Positions 29,830 to 39,111 of a stretch of 64,000 nt of DNA are shown here, piece by piece. The notes under the pieces were generated by a model. It made no database searches and was not told the origin of the DNA. It worked only from the letters and a program-made list of their open reading frames with translations. Numbering within the stretch: the first letter of the stretch is position 1; every line of letters begins with the position of its first letter. The stretch covers positions 448,001 to 512,000 of the forward strand of contig CAXXJV010000001.1 in assembly GCA_963663475.2 (NCBI GenBank), in the 5' to 3' direction. Position numbers and translations under genes: made by a program. This DNA comes from Candidatus Cloacimonadales bacterium. GTDB taxonomy: Bacteria > Cloacimonadota > Cloacimonadia > Cloacimonadales > JAFGVF01.

Positions 29830-30432
29830 ATGTTGTTGAAATTGTATAAATATTATCTCTACCAAAGCAGATTCATTAGTTTTGGAGCTTTACTAGCTGC
29901 CTCAATTTATTCTCTATTAATCCTGGAGATGGAAGTAACCACCACAGTATTGATTATATCAGCTTTTGTTACTAGTTATTATATCTCACAAACCCATGCT
30001 TGTCACAAAGCCTTACTAATGCTACCTCTTTCTAGAAATAAAACTATCTTAGCTGATTACTTAGCCTTGATTAGCAATTTACTTATTAGTAATTCTGTTT
30101 TTTTACTAATATTTTATTGTCTCAAGTTTATGCTAAATAATCCAAAATTACATAGCCCTCTTTCTTATCTACTAATTAACATAGGAGCAAGCATAACTGT
30201 TTCTCTAATAGCAAAATCCTGCCATGATTATTTTAGGAAATTTGGAGGAATTGGACACATTGTTACAATCATAATTGCCATTCTTTTATTTTTTGGATTA
30301 GTAATAGCTTCTTTGTATGTAGTTAAGTTGGCTAGTCCCTTATTTATCTATCTCAACTACGCTATTTATTTATTTTTGATATTTGCATTATTTCTTGTAA
30401 CCAAGAGCTACTTTGCCCGTTTAGACTTTTAG
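29830..30432 (+). CDS. ABC-2 type permease
   Basis: Multi-TM; MLPLSRNKTI motif; operon context. Confidence 0.72.
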   Translation: MLLKLYKYYLYQSRFISFGALLAASIYSLLILEMEVTTTVLIISAFVTSYYISQTHACHKALLMLPLSRNKTILADYLALISNLLISNSVFLLIFYCLKFMLNNPKLHSPLSYLLINIGASITVSLIAKSCHDYFRKFGGIGHIVTIIIAILLFFGLVIASLYVVKLASPLFIYLNYAIYLFLIFALFLVTKSYFARLDF

Positions 30433-30466
30433 AACACAGTAATGTATCCTCTCACTACCTAAATTG

Positions 30467-30496
30467 ACCGATCTTATTACAGAGATCGGTCTTTTT
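30467..30496 (+). terminator. Intrinsic terminator
   Basis: GACCGATCT-loop-AGATCGGTC followed by a T tract. Confidence 0.75.
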
Positions 30497-30577
30497 AACT
30501 TTATAAGACAAAGTTGTGCCATACCATATAAGTGGACTAGTAAATATTACGTCCTTCCACTAGGCATAATTTAGAAT

Positions 30578-32812
30578 CTATTTTAACAGAATCATCTTTC
30601 TTGATTTAGAAAAAGAACCATTTTTCATACGATAAAGATAGACACCTGAAGCCACATTTTCTCCCTGGTCATTTTTACCCTTCCAGACTATGCTATGCCT
30701 TCCTTGTCCATATATATTTTCAGTTAAAGTCTTAACTTTCCTTCCCTTGATATCATAAATTTCAATAAGAACAGGACTTTGCTTTTCAACATAAAAACTA
30801 ATGGTTGTCTGAGGGTTAAAAGGATTTGGATAGTTTTGCTGGAGTTGAGAAAGAAGTGGCGCTACAGGATTATCATCATTAGAGACACTTGTAATTTCTG
30901 CTGTTAAAGGTATTTCAATTAAGGCATTTTCTGGGTCATTAGTATGAACTCTAATATTTGCGTGATATTGACCACTAGGAACTTGGTATTGGGGAACACT
31001 AAGGGTGATAGTTTCAGGATTATTCTCACTAACTACACCCTGCCATTTATCAAGCTGAACCCAAGGTGCATTATAAGATATTTTTATTGCCTGGTAAGAA
31101 GATAAATAGTTGCCGTTGTAGATTACTTGAAGTCCATCACTTGCATCTGCATTTTCTATACCAATAGTAGCACTATATAAGTTACCATCCATCAAGTCAT
31201 AATAGAAATAGATATCTCCATTATCATAGAGGTGGGCTTGGAAGTTAAGGTTTCCAGAACCATTAAAGAAAGGGAAATTTGAATATTGGACTATAAATCT
31301 ATTATTCTCTTGATCATGATAGTAATAAAAATCTGCACTTGACCCATTCAAATCATCCCAGAAGATAGCAATTAAATCATTGGGTTGGAAGGGTGAAGGA
31401 ATAGGATCATTACTATAATCTACCCCATCTTCCCCGAAGGTAATATAACCATTAGTAGATACTCTTGCCTGATGCTTTATTTGACCATAAAATGGGAAAG
31501 CAAAAGGTAAATCTAAATCCACAAAATCATCAGTACTCAAAAAGTTAACATAAGTTCCAAGGTCACTAATATCAAACCAAACATAGTCTAAATTTGTCTG
31601 CTCACTATCATGCCATGAGTAGCCATATAAGTCTGGTCCTCCAGAATTTCTTTCTGTTTCAAATACTTCAATCCAGTATTCAAGATCTTGCTGGCCTAGA
31701 TTATTTAACTCAAAAGAAATCTCTCCATCTCCATTATAAGAGTCAATTTCTAAAGCTGTAGGATAATCAATAGCTGGGAAAGTATAATTATTTATTGAGA
31801 CGGGTATTGAGATATTAGGGTTGTTAGGGTCATTTGTTTCAAACTCAATCTCACCCTCATAAAATCCAGACTGGTCATTTTCAAATTCAACTTCTAACAT
31901 TAAGATATTGCCTAAATCTAGCACCATATCGCCAGTATTAACAATATTAAAAGCTGGATTAGTTGATAGAATATTAGATATTTCTAGTGGATTATTTCCT
32001 AAGTTTTGCAGTAAGATAGTTTTATTAACCTGTTGGCCAGGAACAATAGTTCCAAAATCAAGAGATGATTGATCTAACAAGAGTTCAGGTCCTGGGTTAT
32101 CTGTTAGATATGAGATATATAGTCTCATTAAGTTCTTTTTGGTATTTAAGTTTTCACTATCAATAACAGAGGCTACCAAGAAGGAAGAAGCAATTGTCCT
32201 GTAATTTCTTGTCTCATTAAAAACTGTTCTAACATGATTATCATTTGATCTAAATAAGACTTGCCCATTAGTAGCTGAAAACCAATTATTATGGATATCA
32301 GCGTAAGTATTAACTTGGTGTGCTAGTAACTTACCTTGAGCAAAAGTACCTTCTTGACCTGATAAACTGGATATACCAGTATGAAGCAGACCTTGCCCTT
32401 CAAACTCAAGTCCAAAATAACTTAAAAAGTCTGTGCCATCATGATCTTGACCAATATTTACACCTTCGAAATAAACTGCTCCACCATTATCCAAATAGTT
32501 TATGAGAGCTTCTTGTTGAGGGGTGTTCACGACACCCGGAGGTGTAAGTCCTCAGGATTCACAGAAAGTGCCATTAGACACAATCACAAGGTCATAATCT
32601 GATAGAGAGGTAGTTAGTTCTGGTGCTACTACATTATCTATACCTAATTCTGTAAGGATATTGCCCATAGCATTGGCTGCTGAGCTAGGAAAACCTGTTT
32701 CAGCATTAACTATTTGAGCAGTAGGAACTTCATTCTTCCAAATATATACATTTATTGCAGATAATGACAGTAAAGAAAGCATTATCATCAGTATTATTGT
32801 TAATCTTTTCAT
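30578..32812 (-). CDS. Probable secreted selenoprotein (~744 aa, CxxU, Sec87) with GATase-like, Ig-like and FlgD/T9SS-like C-terminal domains; joins track ORFs 32552..32833 and 30578..32530
   Basis: The TGA at 32554-32552 is in frame with the downstream ORF (7 sense codons between): NGTFCES-U-GLTPPGVVNTPQQEALINYLDNGG. Signal peptide and RBS are only on the first part; the QNYPNPFNP domain is only on the second. Confidence 0.78.
32517..32551 (-). promoter_or_regulatory. Candidate bacterial SECIS element
   Basis: GC-rich hairpin GGGUGU-CGUGA-ACACCC (32537-32521); the loop starts at nt 21 after the UGA with GU at loop positions 2-3. Confidence 0.6.
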
Positions 32813-32870
32813 GTTTATCTCCTTTCTTATCAAACATTATATTGTATTTGTAAGAAAATGCAAATTCAAT

Positions 32871-34265
32871 TTAATTATCTCCGAACAAACCAAACTTTTT
32901 AAGCTTCTCATAGAGAGTTTTTCGACTTATCTTCAAACTAGAAGCAGCTGAACTTTTATTGCCTTTATTTGATTTAATTGCATGCTTGATAACTTCTCTT
33001 TCAAATAGCTCAATTTTCTCACTGATAGATATTGGCTTATTTATAATCTCATTCATTAAATTGTTTTCTTTCTCTAAGGTCTTAGCATCACTATGACCAG
33101 AAATTCTTATATGTTCATTATTTAAAGTAGTACCAGAACAGAGTAAAACTGCTTTTTGAATAACATTAATCAATTCTCTAATATTACCAGACCAGTCATG
33201 ATTCTGTAAGATTTCCATTGTTTGAGGAGCTACTTGCTGAACATTTCTCTTTAGTTCTGTGTTAAATTTAGTAATAAAGTGATTAACTAAAAGGGGAATA
33301 TCAGTTTTCCTAGCTTTTAAATCTGGGACCATTAAATCAAAGCCATTAATTCGATGAAAAAGATCTTCTCTAAAACTACCACGAGACACTTCCTCTAATA
33401 GCTTAGCATTTGTAGCTGAGATTAGTCTAACATCAATCTCAATCTCTTGTGTACCCCCAACTTTTCTATAGATCTTATTTTGCAGAACCCTTAAGAGAGA
33501 AGTTTGAGCAGACGAAGAAAGATTACCTATCTCGTCCAAGAAAATTGTCCCTCCCTCAGCCATTTCAAACAAGCCCTTGCTTTCATTATCTGCTCCAGTA
33601 AAAGCCCCTTTCACAGAACCAAACATTTCTTTTTCAAATAGACTATCCTGAATAGCTCCACAATCCACTGCAATAAAGGGACCATCACTGCGGTTGCTAT
33701 TGTAATGAATATACTTAGCTATCTCTTCCTTTCCAGTTCCATTAGAGCCATTGATAATAACATTTATATCAGTTGTAGCGACTAGAGCTGCTTCTTGGAG
33801 TAAATCCTGAAAGTTTTTTGACTGGCCAATAAGATGATAATTTTGCTTAGCCGGATTAGCTACTTTAGTAGATGTCAAAATCTTACTTGAAATCTTTAAA
33901 CTTCCTATTTTTAGAGCTTTATTAATTATTAAATTAAATTGTTCATCTTCAAAAGGCTTAGTAAGGTAGTCTATAGCTCCTAGTTTAATTGCATGGACAG
34001 CATCAGCTATTTGACCAAATGCTGTTAGCATTATTATAGGGTAAGACTTACACTCTCTAGCTAATTTTTCTAATAACTCAAAGCCAGACATTACGGGCAT
34101 TTGATTATCCAAGATAGTTAAGTCTGGATTATGTTGTTCAAGTTTCATATAACCTTCCATACCATTATAGGCATGGTAGAAAGTTATCTGTCTGTTTTTA
34201 CTAAGTAAAGCTTCTAAGACTGTATGAATATCTTGATTATCATCTACTATAAGTACCTTTTTCAT
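32871..34265 (-). CDS. Sigma-54-dependent response regulator (NtrC family)
   Basis: REC domain, GSNGTGKE, GAFTGA, FLDEIG, WSGNIREL and a Fis-type HTH. Confidence 0.95.
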   Translation of the reverse strand: MKKVLIVDDNQDIHTVLEALLSKNRQITFYHAYNGMEGYMKLEQHNPDLTILDNQMPVMSGFELLEKLARECKSYPIIMLTAFGQIADAVHAIKLGAIDYLTKPFEDEQFNLIINKALKIGSLKISSKILTSTKVANPAKQNYHLIGQSKNFQDLLQEAALVATTDINVIINGSNGTGKEEIAKYIHYNSNRSDGPFIAVDCGAIQDSLFEKEMFGSVKGAFTGADNESKGLFEMAEGGTIFLDEIGNLSSSAQTSLLRVLQNKIYRKVGGTQEIEIDVRLISATNAKLLEEVSRGSFREDLFHRINGFDLMVPDLKARKTDIPLLVNHFITKFNTELKRNVQQVAPQTMEILQNHDWSGNIRELINVIQKAVLLCSGTTLNNEHIRISGHSDAKTLEKENNLMNEIINKPISISEKIELFEREVIKHAIKSNKGNKSSAASSLKISRKTLYEKLKKFGLFGDN

Positions 34266-34285
34266 GATTCTCCTTTAGATTAAGC

Positions 34286-34372
34286 TTTAACCTAAATAAT
34301 AACGTAGACTTTTAGGAAAGCATGATTACTCTTCTGCTGTTCACAAAGGTCTCTTGCATTACTTGGGTTTAA
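34286..34372 (+). repeat. Dispersed hairpin repeat, terminal arms only
   Basis: TTTAACCTAAATAAT... and ...TGCTGTTCACAAAGGTCTCTTGCATTACTTGGGTTTAA match the family ends. Confidence 0.7.
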
Positions 34373-34525
34373 TAACTAAATAAAATAATACTTTGATGTC
34401 AATAAAAAAACAAATGAACTCTTGCCTGATCTAGATTTTTTATTATAATAATAGAGATTGTAATAATTTCTTGACTACTATATAGTCTAAAAAATTATGT
34501 CATAATTACTTAAATAGGAGATTAA

Positions 34526-35785
34526 ATGTCGAAAAAGATAATAATATTATGGGGATTAATACTTTTCACAATTAGTGCAATGGCCCTAAATCAGAAAGAC
34601 TTTATAAGAGAATATCAAGATAGACAAGTTGTTGAAATTACAGTAAATGGACTTAAAAGAACCAGTGAGAAAACTTTCCTAAACTGGCTAGAAATTGAAA
34701 CAGGTAAAAAAGTTTCTGAATATGATTTAAATTACATCTTTAAAAGAATTGACGATAAGGGAATTTTTGCTCTTGAAAAAAGTGTTGAGTTCTTTCCTAC
34801 TGATAACCAAGCCCTTATGATTATAAGTGTTGCTGAGAAATTTTCCCTCTTTGCTGTACCTTTCTTCAACTCTGTAGATGGTGATAAAATGTATGGTGGA
34901 GCAGCCCTAGACAGTAACTTCTTAGGCTATGGAGCAACCTTACTAGGTGTTGGTGCTTTCAGTAAAAAGGATGTGACAACTTTCCTACTACTCACCCAAG
35001 ATGAAATGATAAATAACCAATATGCAGGTAAAATTATCCTTAATTATCGTACCAATGAGATAGAAATGACCGATATCTATGACAATGACCCCTACTATGA
35101 AAGTAAGCAAAAAACAATAAACCTAGGGGCAAGTATTGGGAAAAAATTCTTTGATAAGAAACTTACTATCGGACCTGATCTGGAATGGCAGAAAATTAAA
35201 ATGGATAATGAAGATAATAATCCAGAGAAAGATGCTAACTTAATCTTTCCAGGCTTACTTATGACCTATGATAACACTAATCAAAATTTCGTTTTTAGAG
35301 ATGGTTTTAAGGCAGAATCACTTACATCAAGCGTCTTCTCATTAGATGATAACTATGATAACTTCTTCCGTTCTTACACTAAATTATCTTATTCCACAAC
35401 TTATGATTCTAAGATTAATTTTACTTTAAAAAATACCTTTGGTTTGTTTGATAGACCTGATAATGCTGAAGAAGTTCTCAGTACTTACCACGGAACTAAA
35501 TCACTTCCCAACATGCAAGTATGGGCTGATGATTGGGTTAACGGAGCTTTTATAGTAGAACATACTTTGATAAGTAAACATAAACTAAACCCTACAATGT
35601 CATACTATTATGAAGGGGGTTATTATAACAATGATGGACTTAATGAAAAATATCATGGAATAGGAAGCGAGTTTAAAGTCTATTTCGATAAAGTAGCAAT
35701 CCCTGCTATAGGTCTCGGTCTAGCCTATAATTTCACCAATGAATCTACTATCCTAACCTTTAGCTTTGGCATGGGTGGGGAATAA
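34526..35785 (+). CDS. Outer-membrane protein, Omp85/BamA-TamA-like (one POTRA domain plus beta-barrel)
   Basis: Signal peptide; ITVNGLKRTSE POTRA-like start; VAEK...DSNFLGYG barrel entry; amphipathic strands. Confidence 0.65.
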   Translation: MSKKIIILWGLILFTISAMALNQKDFIREYQDRQVVEITVNGLKRTSEKTFLNWLEIETGKKVSEYDLNYIFKRIDDKGIFALEKSVEFFPTDNQALMIISVAEKFSLFAVPFFNSVDGDKMYGGAALDSNFLGYGATLLGVGAFSKKDVTTFLLLTQDEMINNQYAGKIILNYRTNEIEMTDIYDNDPYYESKQKTINLGASIGKKFFDKKLTIGPDLEWQKIKMDNEDNNPEKDANLIFPGLLMTYDNTNQNFVFRDGFKAESLTSSVFSLDDNYDNFFRSYTKLSYSTTYDSKINFTLKNTFGLFDRPDNAEEVLSTYHGTKSLPNMQVWADDWVNGAFIVEHTLISKHKLNPTMSYYYEGGYYNNDGLNEKYHGIGSEFKVYFDKVAIPAIGLGLAYNFTNESTILTFSFGMGGE

Positions 35786-35792
35786 GATTTAC

Positions 35793-36881
35793 TTAGGAAT
35801 GACTTTCCAAAGGTAAAGAAAAATAGAAAGTAGAACCTTTATCTAACTGACTTACTAACCAGATTTTCCCCTCATGGGCTGTGATTATCTGTTTAGATAT
35901 TGCTAACCCCAGTCCAGTTGATTGCTCATTGATTAAGGTGCTTGATCTAGCTTTTTTGAAAGGCTCAAAAATTAAGCCAAGTTCACTCTCATCAATACCA
36001 AAACCTTGGTCTTTACAAGAGAATATTAAGTTTGTACTATTAACTATGCAGGCAATTTCTATTTCTGAATTAGTTGGGGAATATTTAATAGCATTAGAGA
36101 TAAAGTTACTTATAACTTGCTGAATTTTATTCTTATCAATATTTACATAAAGGCCTTTCGGGGCCTTATAACCTGTTACTTGAATAGACTTCTTAGCCCC
36201 AAGGGTACTAGCCCATTTGATATTTTCAGCATATAAATCGTAAAAGTCAATAAGCTCTTTATTGAGAGATACTTTACCTGACTCTAAATATGTTAAATCT
36301 AGAAGTTCCTCAACTAGACCTAGCATGAATTTAGCTGTTGAGTTTATATCTGCAATAAATTCAAGTTTTTCTTCATCTAAGCTATCCTGGCAATCTTCAA
36401 GCAGAAGCTGACTATAACTATAAATAACGGATATTGGATTTCTTAAATCATGGGCTGCTACACCTACTAACCTGTTTTTCAGTTCATTAACCTTGATCAA
36501 TTCTTTATTCTTTTTATTCAGGGCTTTTTGAGTTAAGATAAGTTCATTATTGATACTTGTTAAACTCCCGAAGAGTCCATAATAATCGCTTTCTTCTTGT
36601 TCAGCTAAAATAAGGTAATAATCTTCAACAGCAATACTCTTGAAATATAGAAGAAGGAAGTTTTGACCAGCAGGGACATATAACTCATACTCTGAATATG
36701 ATTCTTCATCAGTTTTCTGGGCTTGAAGAAAAAAAGCTTGGGCTTTTTCATATGTAGCTTGGTCAAATAGTTCAACAAACTTCTGCCCTTTTTGAACTTC
36801 TAACTGAGGTGATTTATTGAAGATTATTTCTTGGATAATGCCTAGGTGACTACACTTTAGAGCGAGTATGGCTTTTCTCAT
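35793..36881 (-). CDS. Soluble sensor histidine kinase
   Basis: AAHDLRNP, SNAIKYS, DQGFGI, GLGLAI and GSTFYF; no TM segment. Confidence 0.93.
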   Translation of the reverse strand: MRKAILALKCSHLGIIQEIIFNKSPQLEVQKGQKFVELFDQATYEKAQAFFLQAQKTDEESYSEYELYVPAGQNFLLLYFKSIAVEDYYLILAEQEESDYYGLFGSLTSINNELILTQKALNKKNKELIKVNELKNRLVGVAAHDLRNPISVIYSYSQLLLEDCQDSLDEEKLEFIADINSTAKFMLGLVEELLDLTYLESGKVSLNKELIDFYDLYAENIKWASTLGAKKSIQVTGYKAPKGLYVNIDKNKIQQVISNFISNAIKYSPTNSEIEIACIVNSTNLIFSCKDQGFGIDESELGLIFEPFKKARSSTLINEQSTGLGLAISKQIITAHEGKIWLVSQLDKGSTFYFSLPLESHS

Positions 36882-36882
36882 A

Positions 36883-37947
36883 TCATCCTGCCACTTTCAA
36901 GAGTTTGTCTGCAAATCTTATAGCATGGTCTGGATCAGTAGCCCAACCATCAGCACCTACCTTTTTCCATAAAGTCTTATCATTGTTAAAAGGGTAACCA
37001 CCAACCATTATTGGAGTTTTTATACCCTCATTTCTTATCTTCTGAATAAGCTTAGATAGCTTATCAAGATGAAAAACAACCGTAACAGAAAGAGCAATTA
37101 AATCAGGTTTCTTATTCTTAATCATAGTAATTATCTCATTATCTGGTAGGTTAGAACCTAAAAACCAAGTATCCCACCCTTCTATCTCAAAAATATCAGT
37201 AAGCATCCTAAGTCCTATTTCATGTAATTCTCCACTAATGCAAGAAGCTACAAGAGTTTTATTCTCTTGTTTATCGCTTAAAATATAGGGATATATTTGG
37301 GAAATCACTAATTGAATAAGACTTGTAATATAGTGTTCTTGAGCTATACTTATCTTGTTACTGTGCCAGAGATGACCAACCTCATATTGAACTTTTTGTA
37401 AAACATCTAAGTAAATCACTTTAATAGGGACTCCTTGCTTAACCAGTGAGAGAATTAGTTTAGAGGCATCATGTCTCTTGCCTGCTAAAGCGAAAGAGAG
37501 AAATTCTAAAGCATATTTACTATAAGGATTTGCTGGATCAATATAGCTTACATCATCAGATACTTCACTTTTAAGTTCGTCTATTCCTTGATTAATGAAA
37601 TCATTTATGAGCTTATGATATTCAATAGGTAGATTTTGATTTAAAATTAATTTCATAGCTCTAAAATTCTCAATCAGAGAAACTGAAGACATCCCTAAAT
37701 CTTGCATTAACTTCTTAAGCCATTTAGCATAGGAAACAAAAACTCCAGGAGAATTTAATTCTATTGCTTGACTAAGATAAGATAAGGTATAACCAATATC
37801 TTTGAGACTAGCCTCTCTTCTCTTTTCACTTTGGGGGCCTTTAGTATATGGTGCTATATCAAACTGCTTCTTCAATATCAGTGGTCTCAAACTATTATTC
37901 AATTCGTCTATCTGTACTTTTAGCTCTTCATTCAATTTATTAAGCAT
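36883..37947 (-). CDS. Cobalamin-binding sensor protein (globin/phycobiliprotein-like N-domain plus CarH-type B12 domain)
   Basis: W-x9-EH (WHSNKISIAQEH), ExHxxG (ELHEIG), IMVGG and VGADG. Confidence 0.85.
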   Translation of the reverse strand: MLNKLNEELKVQIDELNNSLRPLILKKQFDIAPYTKGPQSEKRREASLKDIGYTLSYLSQAIELNSPGVFVSYAKWLKKLMQDLGMSSVSLIENFRAMKLILNQNLPIEYHKLINDFINQGIDELKSEVSDDVSYIDPANPYSKYALEFLSFALAGKRHDASKLILSLVKQGVPIKVIYLDVLQKVQYEVGHLWHSNKISIAQEHYITSLIQLVISQIYPYILSDKQENKTLVASCISGELHEIGLRMLTDIFEIEGWDTWFLGSNLPDNEIITMIKNKKPDLIALSVTVVFHLDKLSKLIQKIRNEGIKTPIMVGGYPFNNDKTLWKKVGADGWATDPDHAIRFADKLLKVAG

Positions 37948-38079
37948 AATACTCCCCTAATTGCTTTTTAAAATAATAACTAAGAAGTTGATAAATGCAA
38001 TATTTATTTATAAAATATTCTTGATAATTTGAATTATATTGACAGTTCTGAGGAGATAAATAAAGTAGTTTTAAATGTG

Positions 38080-38235
38080 TAGCTCAATGGTGCAAGAGTA
38101 AAAGGGAATCCCGTTAGAATCGGGAACGGTCTTCGCCACTGTAAGTAGCAATTATGAGTAATAGGTGTCACTGGATTTATTCTGGGAAGGCACTTATAAT
38201 AACTCGCTACAAGTCAGGAAACCTGCCACTGAGTC
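38080..38235 (+). promoter_or_regulatory. Cobalamin riboswitch
   Basis: TGGTGC...AAAAGGGAATCCCGTTAGAATCGGGAAC...GCCACTGTAA...CACTGG...GGGAAGG...AAGTCAGGAAACCTGCC (B12 box), upstream of B12-uptake genes. Confidence 0.93.
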
Positions 38236-38343
38236 CGTAATGATTGCGAAGTACAATCTAATATGACGGTTCTTCTTCTAAACAAGAATTTAAAAATACT
38301 ACTATACTATTTGAGTTACACAAGTAAAATATTTAGAGGATAA

Positions 38344-39111
38344 ATGATACACATTAAGAATCTCAAAGCAGGTTACCTAGATAAAGAAATCTTTACTAGT
38401 TTAGATGTTAGCTTTTCTCCATCCGAGTTTGTCTCGATATTAGGACCTAATGGGGCTGGGAAATCAACCTTACTCAAACTTATCAATGGCTTTCTTAAAG
38501 TTGAAGCAGGAGAGATATTAATATCTGGCAAAGATGTAAGCAAGTGGAAGCAGGAAGAATTAGCTAAAGTAGTTACCTATATACCTCAAGAGAATTATAT
38601 TCAATATAATTTTACAGTAGAAGAAATTATTCTTATGGGTAGATATCCCTTTATTTCGCTTTGGCAAGACTATTCGGGACAGGATAGAGCTATTGTGGAC
38701 AAGATTATCCAAGACCTAGACCTTGTCCACTTAAGAACTAAATTCATAAATCAGCTGAGTGGTGGTGAGAAACAGAGAACACTTATTGCTAGAGCTATTG
38801 CCCAAGATTCTGATTACATATTACTTGATGAGACTTTTTCTCATTTAGATATCAACCACCAAATTGAAATTTTAAATATAATGAAGGATTTACACCAAAT
38901 AAAGGGTAAATCTATAATTATGGTATCTCATAATATCAATTTAGCAGCCAACTATTCTCAACGTATGATAGCCTTAAAGTCTGGCCAACTTATAGCTGAT
39001 GGTAGCCCTGAAAGTGTGATTACTTCAGAAAACCTGCAAAAGCTTTTTGGTATCAAGCTAGGTGTTGTTACAAATCCTTTAACTAATAAACCTAATATAA
39101 TCTACCCATGA
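38344..39111 (+). CDS. Cobalamin/iron-chelate ABC transporter ATPase (BtuD/FepC-like)
   Basis: GPNGAGKST, MGRYP, LSGGEKQR, LLDE and SH; downstream of the riboswitch. Confidence 0.9.
   Translation: MIHIKNLKAGYLDKEIFTSLDVSFSPSEFVSILGPNGAGKSTLLKLINGFLKVEAGEILISGKDVSKWKQEELAKVVTYIPQENYIQYNFTVEEIILMGRYPFISLWQDYSGQDRAIVDKIIQDLDLVHLRTKFINQLSGGEKQRTLIARAIAQDSDYILLDETFSHLDINHQIEILNIMKDLHQIKGKSIIMVSHNINLAANYSQRMIALKSGQLIADGSPESVITSENLQKLFGIKLGVVTNPLTNKPNIIYP

Noticed and set aside
32552-32554. Genome-wide TGA reassignment (code 4 or 25) as the explanation for read-through
   Set aside because: TGA ends complete genes elsewhere (7092, 39111, 50172), and long conserved genes contain no internal TGA.
32813-32880. 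Sigma-54 promoter directly upstream of the selenoprotein gene
   Set aside because: A TTGCA is present on the minus strand, but there is no GG at the required 10-nt spacing.
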